64,000 nt of DNA from Candidatus Poribacteria bacterium (GCA_965198235.1 OZ240248.1:4672001-4736000), one strand, 5' to 3'. Shown: positions 19,901 through 31,347, counted from the first letter of the stretch. The notes: generated from the letters alone by a model not told the origin. A program made the numbers and translations.

Positions 19901-21520
19901 TTGAAAATGCACGAAGAAGGAAAACAACCACAGTATATGCAGGAAAGGGAGTACAAGAAGTTATTCGGTTTAGAGATTTACTTGACCCCTGTATTCGTGA
20001 TTTCCAGTATCGCCATCGTCGTCTTTATCATCGGATCGCTCATTTTCCAGGAGGGTGCGACAAAACTCTTTGGAGATCTCCGCGTCTGGCTCACTACAAA
20101 CCTCGACTGGCTGTTCATGATCTCTACCAACCTTGTCTTTCTTTTTTGCCTGTTTGCTGCATTCTCTCCACTTGGAAAGGTGCGTCTCGGGGGAGCGGAT
20201 GCGAAGCCTGAATATTCATACATAACATGGCTTGCTATGATCTTTTCGGCAGGCGTAGGCATTGGGCTTTTATTTTTTGGTGTGTTGGAACCGGTTACCT
20301 ACTTTCAGAGTCCGCCGCTCGGAGTAGAAACGGCTTATAACACGGAGACGGTCTACACCGCTGAAAATGTTCCCAATATTTCAGATGCCAAGGTTCAAGC
20401 GGCGGGTAATTTGGGTATAGCTGCGACGGTTTTTCATTGGGGACTACAAGGATGGGCAATCTACGGTGTCGTTGGGCTTGCCCTCGCATTTTTCGCCTAC
20501 AATCGGGGTTTGCCTTTGCTCATCCGATCCGCCTTTTACCCCATACTTGGTGATCGGATATGGGGCTGGCCCGGACACATCATCGATACCTTCGCCATAT
20601 TTGCAGGTATCTTTGGACTTGCTACCTCCCTCGGTTTGGGGGTGCAACAGGTAACCTCCGGGCTTGACTACCTGTTTGGGATTCCGGCGAACGGTCTCAC
20701 TATGGTGGTGCTGATTGTAATAATTACGGCGATCGCTTTGGCATCGGTAATGACAGGGATTAATGTCGGTATTAAGCGTCTCAGCCAATTCAATATAATT
20801 CTCGCGTTTTTGCTATTGTTGGCTGTTATTGTCCTCGGCCCAACGCTCTACATTTTCCGCAGCATTTTTACTAGCCTTGGCACCTATGTTATGAAAATTG
20901 TCCCACTCAGTAACTGGATCGGGCGCGAGGACACCGCCTTCTTTCACGGGTGGACGACGTTCTACTGGGCGTGGTGGATCGCTTGGGCACCGTTCATCGG
21001 CACGTTTATCGCTCGCATTTCAAAAGGACGCACGGTGCGCGAGTTCATAATTTTTGTGCTTCTTCTACCGACGCTGGTGTGTTTGCTCTGGTTTAATGCC
21101 TTTGGCGGCACTGCCCTCCACCAATTTCTCACTGGGGGTTACACCGGTGTCACCGAGATCGTTGAGGCATATAAGCCGGAACTCGCACTTTTCAAAATGT
21201 TTGAAGGACTCCCGTGGACAACGCTGCTCTCCTGTGTCGGTATGACGCTGACAATCATCTTTTTCGTTACCTCATCTGACTCCGGATCCCTGATTATTGA
21301 CATCATCGCGGCAGGCGGTAAGGTTGACGCACCGATACCACAACGTGTATTCTGGTGTACTGCGGAAGGCTTAGTTGCCATTGCCCTGCTACTTGGCGGA
21401 GGCCTAAAGTCACTACAGGCTGCCTCCCTCGCGACGGGTTTTCCGTTCGCGATTGTGCTATTAGGCATGGGTGCCTGTGTCTGGATTGGGCTTCATAAGG
21501 AAGTACGTCAATCTCAATAG
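19901..21520 (+). CDS. BCCT family betaine/choline/carnitine transporter
   Basis: FSAGVGIGLLFFG, HWG, WTTFYWAWWIAWAPFIG and FFVTSSDSG. Confidence 0.95.
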   Translation: MKMHEEGKQPQYMQEREYKKLFGLEIYLTPVFVISSIAIVVFIIGSLIFQEGATKLFGDLRVWLTTNLDWLFMISTNLVFLFCLFAAFSPLGKVRLGGADAKPEYSYITWLAMIFSAGVGIGLLFFGVLEPVTYFQSPPLGVETAYNTETVYTAENVPNISDAKVQAAGNLGIAATVFHWGLQGWAIYGVVGLALAFFAYNRGLPLLIRSAFYPILGDRIWGWPGHIIDTFAIFAGIFGLATSLGLGVQQVTSGLDYLFGIPANGLTMVVLIVIITAIALASVMTGINVGIKRLSQFNIILAFLLLLAVIVLGPTLYIFRSIFTSLGTYVMKIVPLSNWIGREDTAFFHGWTTFYWAWWIAWAPFIGTFIARISKGRTVREFIIFVLLLPTLVCLLWFNAFGGTALHQFLTGGYTGVTEIVEAYKPELALFKMFEGLPWTTLLSCVGMTLTIIFFVTSSDSGSLIIDIIAAGGKVDAPIPQRVFWCTAEGLVAIALLLGGGLKSLQAASLATGFPFAIVLLGMGACVWIGLHKEVRQSQ

Positions 21521-21522
21521 TA

Positions 21523-21640
21523 ATTGGCTGTCAGCAGTTGGCTTTCGGTATCCTGTTGACGACGTTGATTCTTCCTATACGGAGAGGATTCACGACTCGA
21601 TAGTTTCCTGATTGCTGACTGCTGATAACCGATAGCCAAT
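21523..21640. repeat. Inverted arrays of degenerate heptamers forming a long imperfect hairpin
   Basis: ATTGGCTGTCAGCAGTTGGCTTTCGG faces CTGATTGCTGACTGCTGATAACCGATAGCCAAT. Confidence 0.55.
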
Positions 21641-21660
21641 AATGTAATGGAATCAAAAAT

Positions 21661-22632
21661 ATGAACGCAACAGAGCTGGAATTTGAAAAGCCATTCATTG
21701 AATTGGAACGTCATCTCGCCCAACTGAATGCCTTCTCGGAAACGCATCCTGAATTAGATCTCACGGAGGGTATTGCGGCTCTAAAGCAGAATGCAAATAC
21801 CCTCACAAAACAGACATTCCAGAATTTAAGTCGCTGGGATAAAGTCCGGTTAGCGCGGCATGCGCAACGTCCGCAAGCCCCATTCTATATTAGTTCACTT
21901 TTCGATGAACATGTTGAACTCCACAGCGATAAATTATACGGCGATGACCGTGCACTCGTTGGTGGTTTCGCTTGGTTCGATGGACAACCGCTTGTTTACC
22001 TGGCACAACAGAAAGGCACGAACCTCGAAGAACGACAGGAGATGAATTTCGGTTACACGCATCCAGAGGGCTACCGCAAGGCAAGACGATTGATGCAGTT
22101 AGCAGATAAATTCAACCGTCCCTTAATCTGTTTTGTTGATACGCCAGGGGCGCACTTTGATCTTCGTTCCGAGGAGTATGGACAAGCAATGGCGATCGCT
22201 GAGAACCTCGCAGAGATGATGACCCTGCGTGTTCCGATCCTTGTTGTTATTATCGGCGAAGGTGGAAGTGGCGGTGCTTTGGCAATCGCAGTTGGAAATC
22301 GCGTTTTGATGATGGAGTACGCCATTTACTGTGTCGCACCCCCTGAAGCCTGCAGCGGCATCGTGTGGAAGGATAAAGGCGAACACGCACCTGAAGCAAC
22401 CGAAGGCTATAAACCGACTGCTCCCGATCTGCTTAAGTTGGAGATCATTGACCAAGTTATCCGTGAACCGCTTGGCGGTGCCCACAGAGATGCGGAAGCC
22501 GCCGCACGCAACGTCAAACGTGCAGTCCGTAAGCACCTCACTGAATTAATGCAGATGACACCGCAACAACTGATTCAACAAAGATATGAACGTTATCGGC
22601 ACATCGGCCTTTATGGCGAAGATCTTGCGTGA
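21661..22632 (+). CDS. accA: Acetyl-CoA carboxylase carboxyltransferase alpha subunit
   Basis: LEFEKP, PEGYRKA, VDTPGA, GEGGSGGAL and EPLGGAHRD. Confidence 0.95.
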   Translation: MNATELEFEKPFIELERHLAQLNAFSETHPELDLTEGIAALKQNANTLTKQTFQNLSRWDKVRLARHAQRPQAPFYISSLFDEHVELHSDKLYGDDRALVGGFAWFDGQPLVYLAQQKGTNLEERQEMNFGYTHPEGYRKARRLMQLADKFNRPLICFVDTPGAHFDLRSEEYGQAMAIAENLAEMMTLRVPILVVIIGEGGSGGALAIAVGNRVLMMEYAIYCVAPPEACSGIVWKDKGEHAPEATEGYKPTAPDLLKLEIIDQVIREPLGGAHRDAEAAARNVKRAVRKHLTELMQMTPQQLIQQRYERYRHIGLYGEDLA

Positions 22633-22650
22633 TAGGTTAATACGAGCGAC

Positions 22651-23781
22651 ATGAAAATCCGAACGATTACCACAGGCATTCCGCTCCCTTTTTCGCCATA
22701 CCAACTTCAGCGTGCGGCAAAATTTAACGATGCCTGTCAAACCTATTTTGAGGCGAACGGTTACGACGTACAAACAACACGTGTAAGTTGTCAAATTTGG
22801 GACGAGAATCGGGATATAGATACAATCCTAAGGTTGGAATCCGATGCACGAGCATTAGGAATTGAGTTTCTTAACTTAGGAACGATTCTACCCGGAAAAC
22901 GGCATACCCAAGCTCATATTGCTCGCATCGCTGATGTAATTATTCAGAGTGAGATAATTTTCGCTACTGCCACCCTTACGACGCAGTCTGGACGTGTAGC
23001 ATCGGAGATAGCGGAAAGCACTGCTAAGGTCATTCAGCAGATAGCGCATCGAACTGATGCTGGTTACGGGAACCTTCGTTTTGCAGCGTTGATGAACTGT
23101 CCGTCAAATACGCCCTTTTTCCCAGCTGCATTCTGGCACGACACCAGAACTAACTTTGGTATCGGATGGCAAGCGGCAGATCTTGTGCAACAGGCTTTCA
23201 CAGATGCCCCTAATTTGGAAATTGCATTGCAAAATCTGAAGACCATCATGGAAGCGGAAGGACAGAAGATTGTCGCGCTCGCAGAAACCTTTGCGCAGAA
23301 GTGGGGGGTGAAGTTTGTCGGCATAGATGTGTCACCCGCACCAATGGGTGATGAGAGCATCGCTTATGCGATGGAACAGCAACTGCCCGGTCTTTTTGGT
23401 GAGCGCGGGACGCTAACAGTTGCCGCTGGTTTGACACAGACGCTTCGAACACTCGCACTCCCTTTATGTGGGTATTCAGGGTTAATGCTCCCTGTACTCG
23501 AAGATGTTGGGCTGGGAAAGCGCAGTGAAGCCGGCTATTTTAACCTTGATAGCCTTCTCCTCTATTCCTCTGTCTGTGGAACAGGTTTAGACACAATTCC
23601 CCTACCCGGCGATGTTTCCACGTCTCAACTTGCCGCTATTCTTATTGACGTTGCTGCTCTCTCCATCCGGCTCACGAAGCCGTTATCTGTGCGTCTTTTT
23701 CCCGTCCCCGGAGGCAGTGCAGGCGACATGACTCAGTTTGATTCACCGTATTTGACAAATACCAAAGTGATGCACGTATAA
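22651..23781 (+). CDS. DUF711 family protein
   Basis: PFFP, GIDVSPAP, GYSGLMLPVLED and YSSVCGTGLDTIP. Confidence 0.88.
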   Translation: MKIRTITTGIPLPFSPYQLQRAAKFNDACQTYFEANGYDVQTTRVSCQIWDENRDIDTILRLESDARALGIEFLNLGTILPGKRHTQAHIARIADVIIQSEIIFATATLTTQSGRVASEIAESTAKVIQQIAHRTDAGYGNLRFAALMNCPSNTPFFPAAFWHDTRTNFGIGWQAADLVQQAFTDAPNLEIALQNLKTIMEAEGQKIVALAETFAQKWGVKFVGIDVSPAPMGDESIAYAMEQQLPGLFGERGTLTVAAGLTQTLRTLALPLCGYSGLMLPVLEDVGLGKRSEAGYFNLDSLLLYSSVCGTGLDTIPLPGDVSTSQLAAILIDVAALSIRLTKPLSVRLFPVPGGSAGDMTQFDSPYLTNTKVMHV

Positions 23782-23914
23782 TCGAGGAATTTTCAGATCG
23801 AGGTTGATTGTGAACTTTTTCACTTGTCAATTGTCATAACTTCTGATAAGATGATGCGAGTGAAATTTGACGAGCAGTGTTTACCCAATTGATATACATC
23901 GGAGGCATTTCACA

Positions 23915-24643
23915 ATGTATATGCGACATTGGTTACAGAGCCCTTCAAGTCTAACGCACGGCAACATCATTAAACGCGAGATCTTTAGCAAAAAGACAGA
24001 GGATTCCACAGATAAAGAGGGGGCAATTCTAAGGTACGTTGACAGTTTCTCCCGATGTTACCTCGAACCGAAGATCGCTTCAGTTCCCACAGCACTGGAC
24101 GATCGGCAGCTTATTTTTTACATCGTTGACGGTTCCGGTATATTTGAGGCAGGAAATTTGAAACAGCAGGTTGGGGAAGGAGATGCAATTTTAGTGCCTC
24201 CCGGACTCACCCACGTCTTGGAAAATCCGGATGGTGCACCATTGGAATTCCTGATGTTGGAAGAGGTGCTTTCTGATGGTGTGAAGGCACCCCGGAAGGA
24301 TGCACTCATAAGAAACTACCGCGAACGACCGTTAGGACAGGGGCATTGGACGCATCTGGTACATGCGATTTTCAGTCCGGAAGATGGTTTGGTGACGCTG
24401 CATTCAGTACTCGTGGTGCGGATTGAAGCGATGCAAACACCTGATACACACGGCCACGGTCCCGATATGGACGAGGTTTGGTATATGCTTGAAGGCAACG
24501 GTATCCACGTTGTTAGCAGGAATGTTTATCGGCAGATGCCGGGTGATGCTGTTTCTGTGGCTTCGTCAAATCCAGGACATAGCCTCATCAATGACACAAA
24601 TGAACCGCTCATAACCTTTTACTTTGCGCGCTATGACCGGTAA
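23915..24643 (+). CDS. Double cupin domain protein
   Basis: Two cupin motifs (GEGDAILVPPGLTH; HGH...EVWY...PGD...H); ATG 23915 after GGAGG. Confidence 0.8.
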   Translation: MYMRHWLQSPSSLTHGNIIKREIFSKKTEDSTDKEGAILRYVDSFSRCYLEPKIASVPTALDDRQLIFYIVDGSGIFEAGNLKQQVGEGDAILVPPGLTHVLENPDGAPLEFLMLEEVLSDGVKAPRKDALIRNYRERPLGQGHWTHLVHAIFSPEDGLVTLHSVLVVRIEAMQTPDTHGHGPDMDEVWYMLEGNGIHVVSRNVYRQMPGDAVSVASSNPGHSLINDTNEPLITFYFARYDR

Positions 24644-24655
24644 AAAAGGATAACC

Positions 24656-26113
24656 ATGAGTGACAAACCGCATGTTCTTTTGATTTCGACAGATCATTGG
24701 CCCAACTCGTTATTAGGAGTCAACGGGCATCCTGCTATCCAAACACCGACACTGGATACACTCGCTCGTGCCGGCACCCGTTTCACGCGAGGTTACAGCG
24801 AATGTCCTGTCTGTGTTCCGGCGCGAAAAACGTTGATGACCGGTACAACAACACGAACCCACAAAGATAGGGTTTTCAACGATCGGCAAGGATTAAATGG
24901 GCTCCCAACAATCGCACAGACCTTTCGGAATGCGGGGTATCAAGCCTATGCGGTCGGCAAATTGCATATCCATCCCCAGCGTGACCGCATCGGTTTCGAT
25001 GATGTGCTGTTGGGTGAGGAAGGCAGACTCCAGCACGGCGTGGTTGATGACTATGAGCTTTTCCTCGGCGATAGAGGCTATGCAGGTCAACAATTCGCGC
25101 ACGGGATGTGCAACAACGATTATCTCAACCGTCCTTGGCATCTTCCTGAAGACTGTCATGTCACAAACTGGAGCTCGCAGCAGATGGTACGGATGATTAA
25201 ACGCCGCGACCCAACTCGTCCCGGATTCTGGTATCTCTCCTATTGCCATCCACATCCACCCTTGGCACCCCTTCAGTGCTACATGGACATGTATCGCGAT
25301 ATTGACGTGGACATGCCATACTGTGGTGACTGGGCGAAACAAAACGAACGGCTACCGTTACCGCTAAAAGCGCGACAGAAACAGGACGAGCATTTTACAG
25401 AAGATCAGATTCGTTCGGCACGCCAAGCATTTTATGCCCTCTGCACGCATATCGATCATCAATTGCGGGTTGTTATCGGTACTTTACGGGAGGAAGGGTT
25501 ACTGAACAATACGATTTTGTTGTTTACCTCGGACCACGGCGACATGCTCGGAAATCATCAGATGTGGGCGAAACGGCTCTATTATGAGGATTCTACCAAC
25601 GTTCCTATGCTTCTCGTCGGCACCGCAGACGATGAACGGGTAGGACATCACAGAGTAGACGACCGACTCGTCGGATGGCAGGATGTAATGCCTACACTCC
25701 TTCATCTCGCAGGAATTGACATTCCAGATACGGTAGATGGGATACCGATGGTGGGCGACGAAAAGCGCGATTGGTTGTACGGCGAAATTGGTGAAGGCGG
25801 CAGTGCGACTCGGATGATTCATGAAGGACGCTTCAAGCTTATTTACTACGCCACTGGAAACTACCGTCAACTCTTTGATCTGGAAGAGGATCCGAGGGAA
25901 TTGAACGACCTCGCCGATTCACCGGCGCATGCTGATATACTTGAACGACTGACGAACCACCTCATAGGTGAACTGTACGGAGATGATGAAGACTGGGTAC
26001 AAGATGGTAAACTTGTCGGTCTGCCTGATCGAGCGTATCGTCCGTCTCCCAACCGCGCCTTATCAGGTCAACGCGGACTTCACTGGCCACCGTCACCATC
26101 CGCCGGGCGTTGA
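24656..26113 (+). CDS. Formylglycine-dependent sulfatase
   Basis: CVPARKTLMTG (CxPxR), GKLH, HPHPP and SDHG. Confidence 0.95.
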   Translation: MSDKPHVLLISTDHWPNSLLGVNGHPAIQTPTLDTLARAGTRFTRGYSECPVCVPARKTLMTGTTTRTHKDRVFNDRQGLNGLPTIAQTFRNAGYQAYAVGKLHIHPQRDRIGFDDVLLGEEGRLQHGVVDDYELFLGDRGYAGQQFAHGMCNNDYLNRPWHLPEDCHVTNWSSQQMVRMIKRRDPTRPGFWYLSYCHPHPPLAPLQCYMDMYRDIDVDMPYCGDWAKQNERLPLPLKARQKQDEHFTEDQIRSARQAFYALCTHIDHQLRVVIGTLREEGLLNNTILLFTSDHGDMLGNHQMWAKRLYYEDSTNVPMLLVGTADDERVGHHRVDDRLVGWQDVMPTLLHLAGIDIPDTVDGIPMVGDEKRDWLYGEIGEGGSATRMIHEGRFKLIYYATGNYRQLFDLEEDPRELNDLADSPAHADILERLTNHLIGELYGDDEDWVQDGKLVGLPDRAYRPSPNRALSGQRGLHWPPSPSAGR

Positions 26114-26131
26114 ATGACATCTCCAAATGTG

Positions 26132-26155
26132 GTAGGTGCGGTTTCCAACCGCACC
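26132..26155 (+). repeat. GTAG-type REP-like palindrome
   Basis: GTA-GGTGCGGTT-TCC-AACCGCACC. Confidence 0.65.
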
Positions 26156-26291
26156 ACTCGATCCACTTTCTCTCCGCCATCCGCGCAAATCCATAATTCA
26201 GACAATCAACGCCTATATTCCTCAATTAAAACCGTTGAATTTCTATGCCAAATGTAGTATTATCTTAACAACCATCGATTACCGAGTGGAC

Positions 26292-26393
26292 GTAGGGTGG
26301 GTTGAGTGGTTAATGACCGAGGTCCCTCAATTTATACGGAGAACACCGGCTTCCGATGATGCATTCGTATAGATATATATAACGAAACCCAAC
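26292..26393 (+). repeat. Extended GTAG REP/MITE-like element
   Basis: GTAGGGTGGGTTGAG...CGAAACCCAAC arms around an ~75 nt spacer, just upstream of hsdM. Confidence 0.4.
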
Positions 26394-26411
26394 AATCCAA
26401 TTAAAAAAGTT

Positions 26412-28022
26412 ATGGCAAAAAAGAAATCAGGCACAAACACCAATAAAAGCGGTGCAACGCTCGGCTTTGAAGCGACTTTATACCAAGCAGCCGATAAGCT
26501 CCGCAACAACATGGATGCTGCTGAATACAAGCATGTGGTGTTAGGGTTAATTTTTCTCAAATACATATCAGATTCTTTTGAGGAAAAGTACAATTTTCTG
26601 CTTCAAGAATTTGCGAATTCCGACAGTGAATTCTATATTAAAGAGGAAATCGACCGTTTCGAGTATGCAGAGGATAGGGACGAATACTTGGCAGAAAATA
26701 TCTTTTATGTCCCAGAGGAAGCGCGCTGGTCATATTTACAGGCAAACGCCAAGCAACCAGAAATTGGCACCCTGATTGATAACGCAATGCTTGCAATTGA
26801 GCAGGAAAACCCACGGCTCAAAGGTGTTCTGCCCAAAAACTACGCACGCCCAGGACTTGACAAGCAACGCCTCGGTGAACTTGTTGATCTCATCGGCACA
26901 ATCGGTTTAGGTGAAGAAGAGAATCGCTCAAAGGATATACTGGGCAGGGTTTACGAATACTTCCTTGCACAATTTGCCAGTGCCGAAGGCAAAAGAGGCG
27001 GGCAATTCTACACACCTCGCTGTGTTGTGCAGCTCCTCGTTGAGATGCTCGCGCCATATCAAGGACGGATTTACGACCCGTGCTGCGGTTCAGGCGGGAT
27101 GTTTGTTCAGAGCGAAGCGTTCGTCGAAGCACACGGTGGGCAGCGCGATGATATCTCTATCTATGGGCAGGAGTCTAACCCAACCACGCGGCAATTAGCA
27201 CTGATGAACCTCGCTATTCGAGGCATTGAGGCAAATCTCGGACAGGAACACGCCGACAGTTTCCATGACGATATGCACCCAGACTTGAAAGTCGATTACA
27301 TTCTCGCCAATCCGCCCTTCAACAGTAGCGATTGGGGCGGTGACAGGTTACGTGAAGATAGACGTTGGGTTTACGGCACTCCGCCACCCGGCAACGCTAA
27401 CTTTGCGTGGGTGCAACACTTTATCTATCACCTTGTTCCAAACGGCATCGCTGGATTCGTGTTAGCAAACGGTTCAATGAGCAGCAATACTGCTAACGAA
27501 GGCGAAATTCGCAAGAAAATTATCGAAGCCGACTTGGTGGACTGTATGGTTGCATTGCCCGGTCAGCTTTTCTATTCTACATCAATTCCTGTCTGTCTCT
27601 GGTTTATTGCAAAGAGCAAACAACACCATCATTTTCGCACGCGAACCGGCGAAACGCTATTCATAGACGCTCGCAGCTTAGGAACCATGATTGATCGGAG
27701 GCACCGAGAGCTCACTAATGCAGAGATCACGCGCATTGCCGAAACCTATCACACATGGCGAGGCGATGTGGATGCAAGCGAATATACCGACGTGCCCGGT
27801 TTCTGCAAAAGCACAACCCTCGCAGAGGTAAAAGAGCAGGGTAACGTCCTAACTCCTGGACGTTACGTCGGTGCAGAAGTGCAAGAAGAAAATAGCGAAC
27901 CCTTTGAGGACACGATAGCACACTTGACTAAGAAATTGACCGAGCAGATGACAGAGGCAAGGCGATTGGATGATGCTATTGCTAAAAATTTGGATATACT
28001 CGGATTTGGAGAGGATTCATGA
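26412..28022 (+). CDS. hsdM: Type I R-M methyltransferase subunit
   Basis: [21 protein letters not shown] (motif I), NPPF (motif IV, m6A). Confidence 0.97.
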   Translation: MAKKKSGTNTNKSGATLGFEATLYQAADKLRNNMDAAEYKHVVLGLIFLKYISDSFEEKYNFLLQEFANSDSEFYIKEEIDRFEYAEDRDEYLAENIFYVPEEARWSYLQANAKQPEIGTLIDNAMLAIEQENPRLKGVLPKNYARPGLDKQRLGELVDLIGTIGLGEEENRSKDILGRVYEYFLAQFASAEGKRGGQFYTPRCVVQLLVEMLAPYQGRIYDPCCGSGGMFVQSEAFVEAHGGQRDDISIYGQESNPTTRQLALMNLAIRGIEANLGQEHADSFHDDMHPDLKVDYILANPPFNSSDWGGDRLREDRRWVYGTPPPGNANFAWVQHFIYHLVPNGIAGFVLANGSMSSNTANEGEIRKKIIEADLVDCMVALPGQLFYSTSIPVCLWFIAKSKQHHHFRTRTGETLFIDARSLGTMIDRRHRELTNAEITRIAETYHTWRGDVDASEYTDVPGFCKSTTLAEVKEQGNVLTPGRYVGAEVQEENSEPFEDTIAHLTKKLTEQMTEARRLDDAIAKNLDILGFGEDS

Positions 28023-29812
28023 ATTTCAGTGATGAGAAAATCAAACGCCAAATGCGCTTAGGCGAGGACAGTCACTGGGAATTCAAGGAAATCGTGTTCG
28101 CAGGAGACGTTCCGAAAAGTCCCAGTCGTCACGATCTGGCGGATGAACTCGCCGCTTTTGCTAACACGGATGGCGGGGTGGTCTTGTGTGGTGTAACCGA
28201 CGGCGGCGATGCCCATGGCATGTCACGCAAGCAGATGGATGCGCTCGAGCAACTCTTGACCGAAATTTGCACCGATATGGTTAAACCGCCAATTCGACCT
28301 ACCATCCTTCGTAAGGAAATAGAGGAGGATAAGTCGTTCCTCTTGGTTGAGGTCGGTCAGGGACATACGCAGCATGATAGTCCCGGTGGCAGTTATCACC
28401 GAGTTGGTAGCTCAAAACGCAAAATGACGAGTGATGAACGATTGCGTCTGGCACAGCGGCGTGGGCAGGCACGCTTCCTATGGTTTGACAAACAGCCGGT
28501 CCCGGGAACAGGTTTTGGAGCGTTGGATGAATCCCTTTGGAAACCTTTGTTGAGTGCTGAAGGTGCCGCTGCGCCTGAATTGGCATTGGAGAAGATGGGA
28601 CTCCTGACCAGTGACGAGAACGGGACTCTGCGCGCTACCGTGGCAGGTGTTCTATTGGGCACCCGTTCCCCCGAGGAGTGGCTCCCCAACGCCTGCATCT
28701 CTGCAACCTGTTACCGTGGCAAAGACCGCGCCTCTGGACAAATAGACACTCAGACAATTACCGGTCCCTTGAACCGACAAATTGCTGAGGCGGTTGCCTT
28801 TGCTGTACGTAACATGCGTGTCGGTGCCTACAAAAACCCTGCGCGCACCGACTTGCCCCAATACAGCGAAAAAGCACTGTTTGAAGCGATTGTCAACGCT
28901 GTTGTCCACCGCGATTATGCAATTCGCAGCAGTCAGATTCGGATATCAATGTTCGCTGACCGGATTGAAATAAACTCCCCCGGTGGTTTACCAAACAACC
29001 TTACGATTGATAGCATGGATGTCCGACAATCAACGCGGAACGAAGCACTTGCTTCGAGACTCAGACAAATACCTGTTGGAGATATCCATGGCTCCGGCGA
29101 GCGGCAATTCTTCATGGAGCAGCGTGGGGACGGTGTGCCAACGATCTTTCGTGAAACGAGGGGTTTGAGTGGGAAATCCCCCAAGTACCGCCTCATTGAT
29201 AATTCAGATCTGTTTCTTACTATTCCAGCCGCTGAAACAGAATCTACACCTGCAACCACTGGTATTCTTGTCCATTACAATAGCAGTCCGCTGCCCGGAG
29301 TTGAACTATTGGTCTTGTTTCCGAATAAGACATGGAAACGCGCAACCACCGACGAAAATGGCAAAGCACAAGTCGATTTGCACATGACGCACCTTCCGAT
29401 GACGGTGTTCGCGTCCGCCCCCGGTTTTGCTGCACACCTTGAACACGATTGGGTGCCAGAACAGGCGGAACTTGAAATTAAAATACAAAGCCTCCCAGAT
29501 GGCGGGTCGGTAATTTTCCCCGAAGCAACAGGTAACATTCCAGGGTTATCTGGACGTTTGAATCCTACTCGCGATACCCAGGACCGGACCTATCTCTACG
29601 CCTCAAATATCGCTATTAACGAAGGACAACAGCAGCCTGTTACTTTTATTCCTGGAGACGATTTACACCTAACGGATGCCAATGGAAGAGAATTGATGGT
29701 GCGCATCGTTGCTATCATCGGCAGGTCGGCATTGGTCGAATATCGTGCTGATACCAAAGGAGATGAAAATGACAGTGAAAGAATTAGTAAAATTTCTCGA
29801 AAAATATCCTGA
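28019..29812 (+). CDS. Schlafen/AlbA_2 + HATPase_c_4-like protein with beta-rich C-terminal domains
   Basis: [21 protein letters not shown]; [22 protein letters not shown]; ATGA overlap with hsdM. Confidence 0.85.
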   Translation: MNFSDEKIKRQMRLGEDSHWEFKEIVFAGDVPKSPSRHDLADELAAFANTDGGVVLCGVTDGGDAHGMSRKQMDALEQLLTEICTDMVKPPIRPTILRKEIEEDKSFLLVEVGQGHTQHDSPGGSYHRVGSSKRKMTSDERLRLAQRRGQARFLWFDKQPVPGTGFGALDESLWKPLLSAEGAAAPELALEKMGLLTSDENGTLRATVAGVLLGTRSPEEWLPNACISATCYRGKDRASGQIDTQTITGPLNRQIAEAVAFAVRNMRVGAYKNPARTDLPQYSEKALFEAIVNAVVHRDYAIRSSQIRISMFADRIEINSPGGLPNNLTIDSMDVRQSTRNEALASRLRQIPVGDIHGSGERQFFMEQRGDGVPTIFRETRGLSGKSPKYRLIDNSDLFLTIPAAETESTPATTGILVHYNSSPLPGVELLVLFPNKTWKRATTDENGKAQVDLHMTHLPMTVFASAPGFAAHLEHDWVPEQAELEIKIQSLPDGGSVIFPEATGNIPGLSGRLNPTRDTQDRTYLYASNIAINEGQQQPVTFIPGDDLHLTDANGRELMVRIVAIIGRSALVEYRADTKGDENDSERISKISRKIS

Positions 29813-30011
29813 TGATTTGCGCGTTGTTGTCAACGGTTATGAGGACGGTTTCGACGACATCTCACCGGAACGGATTTCCACCACAAAACTACAGTTAGAT
29901 GTTGGAGCCCACGATTGGGAAGGCCAACACAACGTTCCACCCAATGTTGGCAAATCAACGGATGATGCCAAGATTGTAGAGGCATTGGTTTTCCGCCGCG
30001 CGTCCTACTAA
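29769..30011 (+). CDS. Small hypothetical protein (phage-like MTVKEL..YPDD family)
   Basis: AAAGGAG RBS 6 nt before ATG 29769; 80 aa. Confidence 0.7.
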   Translation: MTVKELVKFLEKYPDDLRVVVNGYEDGFDDISPERISTTKLQLDVGAHDWEGQHNVPPNVGKSTDDAKIVEALVFRRASY

Positions 30012-30039
30012 TGCAGTAGTTTGAAAACAATTCACAGAG

Positions 30040-31347
30040 ATGGTTATGATGTTTGATTTTCCCGATGGATGGCAGCTTGGATCTGTTGAGGATAGCATGA
30101 AAGCAATTATTGACTATCGCGGTAAAACACCGCGCAAAACACTCTCTGGTATTCCGTTAATTACGGCAAGAATTGTCAAAGATGGTCGGATAATGACTCC
30201 TACTGAATTCATCGCTTCCGAGGGTTATGATTCATGGATGAATCGGGGTCTACCGGAACCAGGTGATGTCGTCATGACGACGGAAGCTCCTTTGGGCGAA
30301 ATTGCACAGATTAATAGTTGTAAAGTTGCTCTTGGTCAACGCCTTATCACTTTGAGAGGCAAACCAGATTTGTTAAACAATACTTATCTCAAGTTTGCAA
30401 TGCAGACAACGTTTGTGCAAAACCAGTTGAAGGCAAGAGCCACAGGCACAACGGTTCTGGGCATTTCTCAGCGCGAACTTAGAAAGGTTGAAATACCTCT
30501 CCCGCCTCTTCAAGAACAACACCGCATTGCTCACATCCTCGGCACGCTTGACGACAAAATTGAACTCAACCGACAGGTGAATGAAACCCTGGAAGCAACA
30601 GCACGGGCAATTTTCAAATCGTGGTTTATAGACTTTGACCCTGTGAAAGCAAAGATAGAGGGACACAAACCCGTAGGTATGGACACTAAAACAGCCTCTT
30701 TATTTTCATCTGCGTTCCAAGATTCTCCACTGGGGAAGATCCCGAAGGGATGGCAGGTTGGAACGATTGATGAAGATTTCAATCTTACAATGGGACAATC
30801 GCCGCCTGGATCCACGTACAACGAAGATGAAAAAGGGTTGCCATTTTATCAAGGTCGAAAGGATTTTAGTTTTCGGTACCCAACGCGGAGGGTTTATTGC
30901 ACCTCACCAAAACGATTTGCTAAAAAAGGCGATACGCTTGTCAGTGTTCGTGCGCCTGTAGGCGATGTTAATATGGCGAATGAAAAGTGCTGTGTCGGTC
31001 GCGGTTTAGCATCGCTACGACATAAAACTGGGAGTCGATCTTATACCTACTACGCCATGCAATTTTTGCAGGAAATTTTTTCTCGTTACGAAGCAGAGGG
31101 AACAGTTTTTGGATCAATCAACAAGACAGACTTTCAAACACTTTCTCAACTCAGACCATTCAATGAAATCATTGAAGTATTTGAGCGTCTCATTCATCCT
31201 TTGGATCAATCTATTGAGAATAACGAACATGAATCCGACACCCTTTCCCAAATCCGAGACATGCTGCTGCCGAAGTTGTTGTCTGGAGAAATTCGTGTGG
31301 ATGATGCCAATGAGATATTGGAGGTAAAAGATGGCGGAAAATCCTAA
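30040..31347 (+). CDS. hsdS: Type I R-M specificity subunit
   Basis: Two TRDs with conserved PPLQEQHRIAHILGTLDDKI and RDMLLPKLLSGEI regions. Confidence 0.95.
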   Translation: MVMMFDFPDGWQLGSVEDSMKAIIDYRGKTPRKTLSGIPLITARIVKDGRIMTPTEFIASEGYDSWMNRGLPEPGDVVMTTEAPLGEIAQINSCKVALGQRLITLRGKPDLLNNTYLKFAMQTTFVQNQLKARATGTTVLGISQRELRKVEIPLPPLQEQHRIAHILGTLDDKIELNRQVNETLEATARAIFKSWFIDFDPVKAKIEGHKPVGMDTKTASLFSSAFQDSPLGKIPKGWQVGTIDEDFNLTMGQSPPGSTYNEDEKGLPFYQGRKDFSFRYPTRRVYCTSPKRFAKKGDTLVSVRAPVGDVNMANEKCCVGRGLASLRHKTGSRSYTYYAMQFLQEIFSRYEAEGTVFGSINKTDFQTLSQLRPFNEIIEVFERLIHPLDQSIENNEHESDTLSQIRDMLLPKLLSGEIRVDDANEILEVKDGGKS

